A stretch of 63,293 nt of DNA, counting the filler, from Octopus bimaculoides (Eukaryota): the NCBI RefSeq assembly GCF_001194135.2. It is 6 parts of 5 records of this genome, joined end to end, with 100 filler letters (N's around TTAATTAATTAA, not from the genome) between each part and the next. Parts side by side here need not be neighbours in the genome. Positions count along the whole stretch, not along the records: positions 46,284 to 60,540 come from NC_069001.1; positions 60,641 to 63,293 come from NC_068985.1; 4 more parts are not named here. The stretch is one strand, 5' to 3'. The translations under genes were made by a program, and so were the position numbers. Below the pieces are notes generated by a model. The model made no database searches and was not told where the DNA came from. It saw only the letters and a program-made list of their open reading frames with translations. This document shows positions 52,916 to 63,293 of this stretch, one piece after another (within the stretch, counting starts at the first letter, position 1; every line of letters starts with the position of its first letter).

Positions 52916-53149
52916 TTAGTTCTTTTTGTATTTGCCTAATATCAATAAATATTTATCGTCTGATGAGATAGCAGACGTTAACGCTGTCTCCCCTGTGTCA
53001 GGGTCATGACGTGGGCTGGTTGATGAAGCTTTTGGTTGATCAGTTCGTTTAAATTCGATGATTTTGGTCGGATTGTGATGACTCAGGTAATGTTCTAAGG
53101 TGTCCCAACCGCCGCCAACACGCACCATCAAATGTTTTTCTTTAAGCAG
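52916..53149 (-). CDS. GAS2: Growth arrest-specific protein 2 family, terminal coding exon (C-terminal half of the GAR domain)
   Basis: gtgacttttgCAG acceptor, phase 0. Encodes [27 protein letters not shown]...[14 protein letters not shown]-stop. [10 protein letters not shown] is the GAR/GAS2 signature. Upstream exons were not found in this segment. Confidence 0.9.
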   Translation of the reverse strand: MLKEKHLMVRVGGGWDTLEHYLSHHNPTKIIEFKRTDQPKASSTSPRHDPDTGETALTSAISSDDKYLLILGKYKKN

Positions 53150-54179
53150 CTGCAAAAGTCACAACGTTGACACGAAATTATATTTGTAGTAATAGTAAGA
53201 AAACAAAAATGGCGAACTAAAAACAATGAACTGAGAAATGCAAAATGACATAGGATTTTAAAATAAGATACGAAATAAAAAGACATTAAATTGAAATTAA
53301 AACATTGACTTTTTAATAATATTTAAATAACCCTTAAATATAGATATATTTTTTTACATTTTTAGATATTTAAAAGATATTTAAATATTCTTTATAGAAA
53401 CTCATTAATACCTAAGGGCACACTTTTATATCGTTGCTTAAAACGGCACAGTTTGCAGTAGCAATGATGCTAAAGATTACTCTGATATTGTTGTTCCTAT
53501 ATACGTTTTCACTATTCCAAAAAGGAGAGCAATCCTGGCGAACACGCGGATTGGGTGGAGTTCGGCGTTCGCAGCACGCTTCACAGATCCGGAGACGGTA
53601 ACAACCAAGGAAGCAGCAACAGACGGCGACCTACTATAGGAACCGTACCTCATATTCTTACTCTTTAATTGATTGTGAGTCTACTTATATTATTATTTGA
53701 AGATTACGAACTATCAATGAACATGTGGTGAAGAAAAGACATTAGTCAATAACTAGTATTTAATTCTAGTTATTATGGCAAATACGAAAGATATATCCGA
53801 AGATATTTCTGTCTTAAAATGAACTCATCAGTAAAGCATAGACTTCACTCTATGTGCCGAAGCTGCAATGTAGCAATTACTAACTAGATGCACAATACTG
53901 CGCATATATAGCTTCATAAGAAAACAATAGCTGCGTTAGTTGCAACATATGAAATTTTGAAAACAACAAGGCACTTAAAAGGAATTAATAATTATTTCTA
54001 AAATATACTAAAAATTCATAGATATTTTGAAAGGTAAGGGTATAGTCAATGATTTCGACCTCAACACTTGCTGGAACTTTAATATTTAATCAACTTCGAA
54101 AAGATAAAAGAGAAAAGTTGACTAACTGCTCTTGGTATCTGAATTGAGAACGTAAAAGATTAGAAGATATTTCGTCGGT

Positions 54180-54465
54180 GCCGAGTACTCTGACACCATC
54201 CAGCACTCTTGGTCACAGAGCATTCTGACTATCGAGTATCCTGGCCACCGTGCACTCTTGTCATCGAGGACTCTGATATTCGAACACCCTGATGAACGAG
54301 CACTCTGGCCATTGAACACTTTGGTCATTGAGGATTCTGGCCATTGAGTAATTTGGCCATCGAGCACGCTGACCATCGAGCACTGGTCATTGAGCATTCT
54401 GGCTATCGAGTACCCGACCATCGGGTACTCCAAAACCCGTCGAGCATTTGGAGGCCGTCCAGTAC
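54180..54465. repeat. Degenerate 16-bp minisatellite, about 17 units, upstream of the GAS2 terminal exon
   Basis: Consensus approximately CGAGCACTCTGGCCAT. Confidence 0.75.
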
Positions 54466-54545
54466 TCTCAACTATTTCTGCCAGGTCGTACCACCATTCT
54501 AACTATTAATAACGATAGGACGAATAAAGACGACACAAGACAAAG

Positions 54546-54609
<64 letters not shown>

Positions 54610-55079
54610 CAACAATGACAACAATGACAACCGCAATGACAACGAAGTCGACGTGGAAGGTTAAGGAATACTTTGCTAGAAACACAAGACATTTTTGTTG
54701 ACTTAGATTTAAAATGTAACAATTATTTAATTAGACACGCAACACTTTGTTATTAAAATAAAACAATTAGTTAATTAAAANNNNNNNNNNNNNNNNNNNN
54801 NNNNNNNNNNNNNNNNNNNNNNNNNNNNNNNNNNNNNNNNNNNNNNNNNNNNNNNNNNNNNNNNNNNNNNNNNNNNNNNNNNNNNNNNNNNNNNNNNNNN
54901 NNNNNNNNNNNNNNNNNNNNNNNNNNNNNNNNNNNNNNNNNNNNNNNNNNNNNNNNNNNNNNNNNNNNNNNNNNNNNNNNNNNNNNNNNNNNNNNNNNNN
55001 NNNNNNNNNNNNNNNNNNNNNNNNNNNNNNNNNNNNNNNNNNNNNNNNNNNNNNNNNNNNNNNNNNNNNNNNNNNNNNN

Positions 55080-55246
55080 CATTTAATAATAATGATAATA
55101 ACTACAACAAAATTACAACAACAACAACAATAATAATAATAATAATAATAATAATGATAATAATAATAAACACAACTACAATGATAATAACAACAATAAT
55201 AACAATTAAAATAATAATGATTTCAATAACAATAATAATGATAATA

Positions 55247-55299
<53 letters not shown>

Positions 55300-56578
55300 T
55301 GTTTCTTCTGATCAAGGCAATAATAATTATTAGTTTCCTTTATTAATGTAATAGTATTAAAGGATATAATAATTAGTAGTGGTATACTAATCACAACATC
55401 GTCGCTGTCGTCGTCATCATCATTATCATCATCCCCATCTGCATCATCCTCATACTCATCCTCATCATCGCTATTATCATCCCCAGTCACCACGAAAAAT
55501 CTTCAGTAACAAAACTTCAATTTCCATCATCATCATCATCATCAGTATCATCAGCGATAGCAGTGTCCCCACTACCATAGTTGTCGTCGTCGTCGTCATC
55601 ATCATCATCGTCCTCTTCGTCGTCTTCATTGCAATCATCCCATTATCATAACCACTACATCCACCACCACTACCACCACAACCACTACGTCTACTACAAC
55701 CAGCATTACGTCCAGCACCACCACCACCACCACCAGCACTGCCGCCAGCAGCAGCAGCAGCACGATCGTCGTCATCACCACTACCACTACCTACATCACC
55801 GTCGTCATCATAATCTACACCGTCATCACTCACCATCGTAAACTACATGAACACGAGGATCATCATCAGGATATGCAACAACAACAACAACAAAAACAAC
55901 CGCTACAACAACAACAACAACAATAAAAGCAACTGCCACAGCAACAACGATAACAACACCAACAACCACAACATCTATAACAGCAATAAAAACAACAATA
56001 ACAGCAGCAGCAGCAGCAGCAGCAATAATAACAACATCACNNNNNNNNNNCAACCACAACATCTATAACAGCAATAAAAACAACAATAACAGCAGCAGCA
56101 GCAGCAGCAGCAATAATAACAACATCACCAACAATAACAGCAACCACAAAAATAATAACAACAACAACAAGAACCAGAACAACAGCAGCAACAACGACAA
56201 CAACAACAACTACAACAAAATAACAACAACGAAAAGAACCAACAATAACAGCAACAACAATAACGACAGCAGCAGCAGCAATAACAGTAACGACGACCAC
56301 GACGAAACAACTCCAATTAGAACAACAAAAACAACAGCCGTTTTCAGAAACAGCTGTCAAAACTATAACAGCTAAAATGTATCCAGTAAATTTAAGTATG
56401 TCCATCTCTATTTTTTCAACACCCACTGGAACAACAACAACAACAATAACAACAGCAGTAGCAGTTAATGCAACAACACAAATTGCAACAACAATCATTT
56501 GCCCTGCAAATTTAAGCAGATTATATCAACAACACCAACAACGATAATAATAACAATAATAATAATAATAATAACAAC

Positions 56579-56616
<38 letters not shown>

Positions 56617-56660
56617 AGTGCAATACTATTTTCAAAAACCACTGCAATAACAACAACAGC
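55080..56660. repeat. ~1.6-kb mosaic of trinucleotide repeats (AAT, AAC, CAG, CAT, CGT, CAC)
   Basis: Directly visible low-complexity tract. Confidence 0.9.
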
Positions 56661-57298
56661 AGCATCAAAGAGTGCACATAGTTAGTAGGTATAGGATTAG
56701 TGAAGCAGAAAGAGAAAAAAGAGAGGGATAGAGAAAGAGAGGGATAGAGAAAGAGAGAGAAGAGGAGAGTGAAAGGAAGGGGGATAGGATTCATATACAA
56801 GGGACCTTCGATGGATGAGGTTTGTTTTATTTGTTAGATTATTCCTTTCTTTCTTTTTTTCTTTTCTAGAAGCTATCCGAACATTTTAAAGTAGTGAGTA
56901 ATAGATAAGATGTAGAGTAAGTAAAATGAACCTGGAGACAGCGAATACATAGAGTAGCTGTGTAGCAAGAAGCGAAATTTCAGACGATGAAGACACAGAC
57001 TAGTGGCAAAGAGTACAGAATTGGGTTATGGAGACAGTAAATGTTTAGGTCAGCTTAAGCATTAGGCCCTCTTATTTCTTTATTGACCACAAGGGGACAA
57101 ACAAGGACAGACAAAGGGGTTAAGTCGATTACATCGACCCCAATGCATAACTGGTAAAAAAAAAAAAAGTACTGAGATCGATTTGTTCGACTAAACCCAT
57201 CGAAGCAGTGCCCCAGCATGGCCGCAGTCCAATGACTGAAACCAGTAAGAGATGAAGAAATATATAAAGATAAAAGAGATAGACAGATGGGTAGATAA

Positions 57299-57338
<40 letters not shown>

Positions 57339-57669
57339 GGAACAGCTTTTCTTATAGACAATATATTGAAAACGCGAAGAATGTTCTAATCGCATGCTTT
57401 ATTATTTTTGGATTTTTGTCNNNNNNNNNNNNNNNNNNNNNNNNNNNNNNNNNNNNNNNNNNNNNNNNNNNNNNNNNNNNNNNNNNNNNNNNNNNNNNNN
57501 NNNNNNNNNNNNNNNNNNNNCGATGCTCCAGCATGGCTGTAGTCCAATGATTGAAACAAGTAAAATTAAGGGCAGAAGTTGATTTAAAGGTTCACACATC
57601 CAGGAACATTTTTATTAGAATGTGGTCATATGCTAAAAATATTTCTTCGCCATCTTATACAATATAGAC

Positions 57670-57863
57670 GCAGGAGTGGCTGTGTGGTAAGTAGCTTGCT
57701 TACCAACCACATGGTTCCGGGTTCAGTCCCACTGCGTGGCACTTTGGGCAAGTGTCTTCTACTATAGCCTCGGGCCGACCAAAGCCTTGTGAATGGATTT
57801 GGTAGACGGAAACTGAAAGAAGACCGTCGTATATATGTATATGTATATATATGTATATATACG

Positions 57864-57898
<35 letters not shown>

Positions 57899-57913
57899 GT
57901 ATATATATATATG

Positions 57914-57944
<31 letters not shown>

Positions 57945-58172
57945 GTATATATGTGTGTGTTTGTGTGTCTGTGTTTGTTCCCCCAACATCGCTTGATAAC
58001 CGATGCTGGTGTGTTTGCGTCCCTGTAACTTAGCGGTTCGGCAAAAGAGACCGATATAATAAGTACTAGGCTTACAAAGAATAAGTCCTGGGGTCGATTT
58101 GCTCGACTAAAGTCGGTACTCCAGCATGGCCGCAGTCAAATGACTTGAAACAAGTAAAAGAGTAAAGAGAGT
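57670..58172 (+). mobile_element. Full-length tRNA-derived SINE (octopus OR2-like, CORE-like TTGGGCAAGT box) with an internal (TA)n/(TG)n microsatellite
   Basis: A-box TGGCTGTGTGG, B-box GGTTCAGTCCC, conserved body and GAGTAAA-type tail. Other copies at about 60-530, 6310-6645 (-), 6820-7195 (-), 9405-9775 (+), 22240-22610 (-), 37130-37285, 37690-37850 and 42240-42460. Confidence 0.85.
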
Positions 58173-58799
58173 AATATACCGAAAGTTACAACAGAAATGC
58201 CTATTTATAACATTACTTGTATGAAGAAAGGAAAAAATGTAATTGAACTTCATCAAGTCTATTTATAAATGACAAAGCATTAATAAAATAATCTGAATTT
58301 CGTTAGAGTTGACTGATTTGATAGCAGCAACTTGCAGACGGTGTTACTAGACAACTGTCTACCTTTACAAAACATCCCCAACTCCCATTCTGTCAAATAT
58401 CAATAAATATATATTAAACTGTCCCAGTGGGAGCCAACTATAACTATAAATTAATTATTAGCCTGGTAATGTAGCAACATGCCATCACTTGCCATATTTC
58501 AATTAAAAGTTTAGCCAGATATTTAAGAGTAGTATAAGATAATTACTCTAGCTGTACCATATCTCTAGGAAAGAAATCAAGTTGTATGTAACCCTTTAGC
58601 ATTTAAACTTGTCATATCTGGCACAAATATCTATCTGATTTATGTTCAAACGGGCAGGATCTTGCCTCTCGCATCTACTCTACAATATGGTTCTAAAAAT
58701 ATACACTCATATCATAAGAATCTCGAAGCTGCAAGATACAAGATGCATGCAAGAGGGTTTTGGATTTTTTCGGGATAGATATTTATTAGTTTGAAAGAA

Positions 58800-59850
58800 G
58801 TACAAAATAGGGTCTACTGAATTCAGTGCCCTTGTTGTAGTGCTCCCGCCACTTAATGAAGGCCCTCCAAAAGTGAAGATGTTCAGGACACTTGTTACAG
58901 CTTCCTTCGTCTTCATCTTCTCAATGTCTTCAAAACGACTGCCCCTGAGGATCTCCTTCGGCTTGGAGAACAACCAAAAATCACAGGGGTCAAGGTCTGG
59001 ACCGTAGTTAGGGTGAGAGACAGCATTGCTATCCATTTCTGTCAAGTAGTTGGTTACCAGGATGGAAATATGAACTGGAGTATTGTTCCGGTGCAGGTGC
59101 CACCAATCCGAATGGAAAAGCTCTGGCCTTTTGCTACGAAATCTCTTCCTCAACTCCATCTAAACCTCCACAAAGTACACTTTGTTGACCATCTGGCCAG
59201 AGGGAACCCCAGTGGATATCAATGATGCCCTTGCAGTCGAAAAAGGGAATCACTGCAAGTTTACCGATGGACTTACTTTGTCTGGCCTTCTTGGGTCTGG
59301 AGAAACCACAATGCTTCCATTGGACACTTTGTCTCTTGGACTCTGGATCATTACAGTAGGTCCTGATTTCGTCGCCTGTCACCAGAAACTCAAGTACTCT
59401 TGGATTGGAGCTAATAAGCTCGACCGTCTTCCTACTGTCGCCAACGCACCTTTCCTTCTGTTCGTTACTGAGCACTCTGGTAACAAACTTTGCACAAATT
59501 TTGCGCGTATTCAGATTTTCATGAATAATTCTGTGAACAATTGCCACACTAACACTAAAGCGTATGCTTAGACACACGTCGGTTCTTCATCCAGAAAATT
59601 GCGAATTTTCTTAACTACCTCCGATTGGTCTGGTTTCCCACTCCTACCATTTCTCACCTACACTCTACTCTCCTTGAATCTCTTGTGCCAGTGAAAGGCA
59701 GTTGCCTGGCTCATGCAGTCTGGAATGTCTCATAAGTTTCTGTTGCGTCATCCAGACACGACCATGCATTCATACATTTGTACACCGTAAGGGTACCGTC
59801 GGTACATACGGCGTGACTAAGGCATTTTTTGACCAGGAGGACCCTATCCA
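58800..59850 (-). mobile_element. Decayed mariner transposase pseudogene
   Basis: AFHWHKRFKE...KICAKFVTRVL...LVTGDE...HRNNTPVH...HPNYGPDLDPCDFWLF. Motifs correspond to WVPHEL, D1, HDNA and YSPDL. Frameshifted; element ends are approximate. Confidence 0.9.
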
Positions 59851-60540
59851 TTTCCAAGTGAGCCATAAACGATTTCTTCCAGCAAGAGCAAAAGAGACGG
59901 AGAGAAAAAGTGAGATATCAAAATGAAAGGACCCTAGTAGAGGATTTCTACTATATTTTATCTCCCACACCCGCACCACTGGAGGACGAAAGACAAAGTT
60001 AACCTGGGTGGAATTCGAACTCAAAGTGCAGGGACCCGGAATGATTACTGCAAAACAATCATTCGGGCGCTTTTAACAATTCTATCAACTAGCCTCTACA
60101 CACACACACACACACAGATTTCACAAATACTATACACCCGCATATCTACATTTTCCCTTCCTTACAACAACAAAAAACAACAATACGTCTTCCCCCTAAC
60201 ACCTACCTCCACCCTTCACTTCGTCTATTACGCTTCTACACCCATCACAAAGTCAACCCCCCCATTTACATCCTTCATTCTTACCACCACCAGCGCTGCC
60301 ACCGGCGTCATCACAGACCTGCAAGCTCCTCAACCTTCCCCCCTTCGCCATCATCATCATCATCATCAGCCAACTTACTTTCATGCACCATCCAACACCA
60401 CCACCATCACAAGGAACAGCAACTGCAACAACAACAATGTGAATGGTAAGCCCTTCAACGAAAGCCTACAGCATGTATAATATCAAAAGATGTATATGTG
60501 TATGTGTTTGTGTGTATGTACGTGTATGTAAGTATATATA

Positions 60541-60640
60541 NNNNNNNNNNNNNNNNNNNNNNNNNNNNNNNNNNNNNNNNNNNNTTAATTAATTAANNNN
60601 NNNNNNNNNNNNNNNNNNNNNNNNNNNNNNNNNNNNNNNN
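60541..60640. other. Artificial 100-nt spacer
   Basis: 44 N + TTAATTAATTAA + 44 N. Confidence 0.95.
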
Positions 60641-60756
60641 GGCGTACTAACGTTTCTGTCAGCTCGCCCGGCGTACTAACGTTTCTGCCAGCTCGCCCGG
60701 CGTACTAACGTTTCTGTCAGCTCGCCCAGCGTACTAACGTTTCTGTCAGTTCGCCG
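60641..60756 (-). repeat. 29-bp tandem repeat x4 derived from a SINE 5' end
   Basis: Unit GGCGTACTAACGTTTCTGTCAGCTCGCCC. Its reverse complement matches the GGCGAGCTGGCAGAA.CGTTAG.ACGCC head of the second SINE family. Confidence 0.75.
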
Positions 60757-61160
60757 CCTCATCGCGTGTCAAGGTATTGACTTATTTCGGAGACTTAGTA
60801 ATCCTTGGTTCACAGTGCAAAATTATCTGAAATAGGTTGAGAAAGTATATACAGAAGAGAAGTGGGTAGCTCATGAACTCTTCTCAGACTTTCATTTATT
60901 CAGGTCATTCGAACATTCACAATTATGGGCGATAACAATACGGCATTCAAAACATTTTTATTTTCTAAAGAATCTTCATTTTTTTCTTCCCCGGAAAACT
61001 GGTTTCGTGGTGAACTAATTGTTATTGCTAACAATGATGATCATCTCTTGAACGAAGAAATATATTAACGATACGTTTTATACTAATTTGAAATGCCTTA
61101 TTTTTCGGTACCTCTAAAACATACATACACGCATACATACATATGTACATACATATATAC

Positions 61161-61210
<50 letters not shown>

Positions 61211-61560
61211 CAAAGTGGGACAAGAATGCAAAACATCCAGACAGTTAGATGATACAAAAAAGGGACAACAAAACATTCAGATAGACGATACAAAGAAAGT
61301 AGGTCATTCGGAGTTTTCTTTCATCAATCGAGTTCCAGATCATCTTTGCAATTTCGGCTGGTTATACTCGAGATTGCTCCAATCTGGCCAGCCCAAAGGA
61401 AAAACTAAGCTAAGAGCATTAGATTCTTTGGCAAAAAGCAGTGAATGTATACGAAAACAAGGACGGAAATTGATCTCTGCTTGGAATTGATCTCGGAATC
61501 TTGGGGTTTGTAGCCCCGCACTCTTAACCACAAGATTCCAAGTTCAATTCCAGGCACTGA

Positions 61561-61622
<62 letters not shown>

Positions 61623-61669
61623 GCGAAAAATATCTTAGGAATGAGAATCCAGGTTCGAAATTTTCCCAA

Positions 61670-61715
61670 GACACCTGATGAAGGCTGGAGGGTATATCAG
61701 CCGAAATGTTGTGTT
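61670..61715 (+). ncRNA. Candidate minimal type-I hammerhead ribozyme motif
   Basis: GACAC-CTGATGA-A-GGCTG-(10-nt loop)-CAGCC-GAAA-TG-T-T-GTGTT. Stem I GACAC/GTGTT, stem II 5 bp, both catalytic core boxes present, and stem III reduced to A(T)GT. Confidence 0.6.
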
Positions 61716-62195
61716 AACAACAAACAAGATGAGGACAAATATCCGTCAATTGTAAATAATGTACATATTTCCGCATCTCTTAAATATAGAATTGTTTATG
61801 GATGACCAGCGGTCCTCCATGCATATCAGCCTCCCCTCTTCACGCCGAAAATGTTATACAAGAGAAAGTCAAAACCGATACATCTTGATATCAGTGACGT
61901 CGCATCTCCTTTCTACAGCTGGGTGAACTGGAGCAGCGTGGAATAAAGTGTCTTGCTCAAGAACACAACATACAGCCCGGTTTGGGAATCGAACTCACTA
62001 TCTCGTGATTGAAAGCCCGCCTCTCTAACTCAGAGCACCATCTCATGCTTGTAAGCCATGCGCATGTATACACACATATATGTAAGTATAAATTTGATGT
62101 TTCATCATAACTTATAGCCATTAATGTATGTAAGATATTTATGAAACAACATACTGTGTGTCTAAGATTATAAAAATGTAATCATTACAACTTAC

Positions 62196-62265
62196 CTGTT
62201 AACACTTTCAATATATTCTGAATGTTCGTTAACTTGTGCGTTCACACATTTACCCATGGCAGTTT
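62196..62265 (-). CDS. Candidate 70-nt exon of an unidentified gene
   Basis: On the - strand: atattactcCAG acceptor and AACAG|GTAAGT donor. Only one frame is open, xTAMGKCVNAQVNEHSEYIESVN(R/S), and it contains gccATGG. No family recognised. Confidence 0.45.
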
Positions 62266-62369
62266 CTGGAGTAATATATAATTTACTTTTGAAATCAATG
62301 GTAAATAGCATAAGTTTTATAAAATAGCAAGAGAAGACAAATTAAAATACACTGGGAAGTCTTTTTCAG

Positions 62370-62620
62370 GAGACCAATGTCTCACTCTTCGCTGCACTTA
62401 TTCTTATCTCTGTCTTGCAGCTCTCGGCAGCGGCCAACCTATTTAGTGCATGATGGAAATCACCTTCTGACAAGCCAAGTAGCATCATATCGTCTGCAAA
62501 TATCAGCTGACAGATCCAACATCCACTAACTGATACATCTTCAATAACGTCTGCATATGTGTATCCACTTCATCAAAGTATTATGTAGTGAGCGAAAGAG
62601 CACGGTTGCTGTTTCTGCCG
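62370..62620 (-). mobile_element. Non-LTR (RTE-like) reverse transcriptase fragment
   Basis: The - strand encodes QLIFADDMMLLGLSEGDFHHALNRLAAA...IRISAAKSETLV, which contains the FADD catalytic motif. Frameshifted upstream. Confidence 0.8.
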
Positions 62621-62877
62621 TTTCTTAAGGAATTTTTTACTTAATGTTGAAAAAGACTTCCCAGTGTATTTTCTGGCAGCAAAAACCTCGAATAATAGAC
62701 TTTATAGCAGGGGTAGAGAAACTTTTTAGTGCGGTAGGCAAAAATTTCCAAAGAAAAAGGATCGCAGGTGGATCACAAGTTGTAACTCTTATATCTATGG
62801 TAAATCTTGTATATATTTATGTATAATTCTATATACATTTTTGGATTTGGTTTGCAAGATTTTTTATGTGATTTCGT

Positions 62878-63213
62878 GTGTTGAAGCATATTCTGCTGCC
62901 CACTTACATGGGAAAACGAACAGCACGTGTAACTTTAGAAGACATACCATTTAGGTATGACGTAATGTGGGCGGCAGCGGCCGTAATCTTCGACGTGGAA
63001 GAAAATATAGAAATTTTAAGCACAAGGAGAAGGAAAGCAACCGGTTGGAAAGGTCAGGGGCTTGAGATGATAGTCCAAGCGGAGAACAATACTCTGGAAA
63101 ATTTGCCCGACAGGGTGTCTGTGGGGGAGGGACATACCATTCGCGTGTCAGTTGAGGGACGGAGACCCAGATGTTTCAAGTGTGGACAGAAGGGTCACGT
63201 TCGCTCAACTTGA
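62878..63213 (+). pseudogene. LINE ORF1/gag-like fragment with a broken zinc knuckle
   Basis: Ends VEGRRPRCFKCGQKGHVRST-TGA: a CX2CX4HX4C knuckle whose last Cys position is a stop codon. Confidence 0.7.
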
Positions 63214-63293
63214 ACAAAAAATAAACAAAACACCATTAAAGCGAGTGGCGACGCTCCTGCGAAAGTGGACGAGGGAAGAAGAGAGTCAACAGT

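Noticed and set aside
24300-53149. Functional clustering of AP5Z1, the galaxin-like gene and GAS2
   Set aside because: They lie on different scaffolds joined by artificial spacers.
55963-56128. 78-bp direct duplication either side of a 10-N gap
   Set aside because: Typical unmerged contig overlap; a similar case occurs at about 49050-49170.
57670-57740. Possible tRNA genes at SINE heads
   Set aside because: A and B boxes are present but there is no complete cloverleaf, and each runs into a SINE body.
60641-60756. CRISPR-like 29-bp repeats
   Set aside because: The units are contiguous with no spacers, the sequence derives from a SINE head, and the context is eukaryotic.
61330-61420. Minus-strand GGCTGG...CCAGCC-GAAA hairpin resembling hammerhead stem II
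   Set aside because: No CUGANGA box precedes the stem, and no valid stem I or III can be drawn.

Overview
Eukaryotic, AT-rich DNA saturated with microsatellites. The SINE/LINE content points to an octopod cephalopod, probably Octopus (inference from recalled repeat families). The window is not one contiguous locus: five identical 100-nt spacers (44 N + TTAATTAATTAA + 44 N) join six segments, 1-25113, 25214-36724, 36825-40620, 40721-46183, 46284-60540 and 60641-63293. Protein-coding content read from the sequence: (1) nine + strand exons of an AP-5 complex zeta-1 (AP5Z1/SPG48) gene, splicing into 437 uninterrupted codons, with exon 1 and the 3' half missing; (2) a complete two-exon, 119-aa secreted, strongly cationic protein with galaxin-type double-Cys repeats (39112-40170); (3) the last coding exon of a GAS2 gene on the - strand; (4) one orphan candidate exon. 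The rest is tRNA-derived SINEs, RTE and R4/Dong-type LINE fragments, two decayed mariner transposases, MITEs (one Merlin-like with perfect TIRs/TSD and internal telomeric repeats), a probable Helentron-type element and simple repeats. The most interesting leads are the galaxin-like mini-protein and a minimal hammerhead-ribozyme motif downstream of a tRNA-SINE B-box (61670-61715). Most ORFs in the supplied track are microsatellite or N-gap artefacts. No rRNA, intact tRNA or CRISPR array was found. All homology calls come from recalled sequences and motifs, not from database searches.
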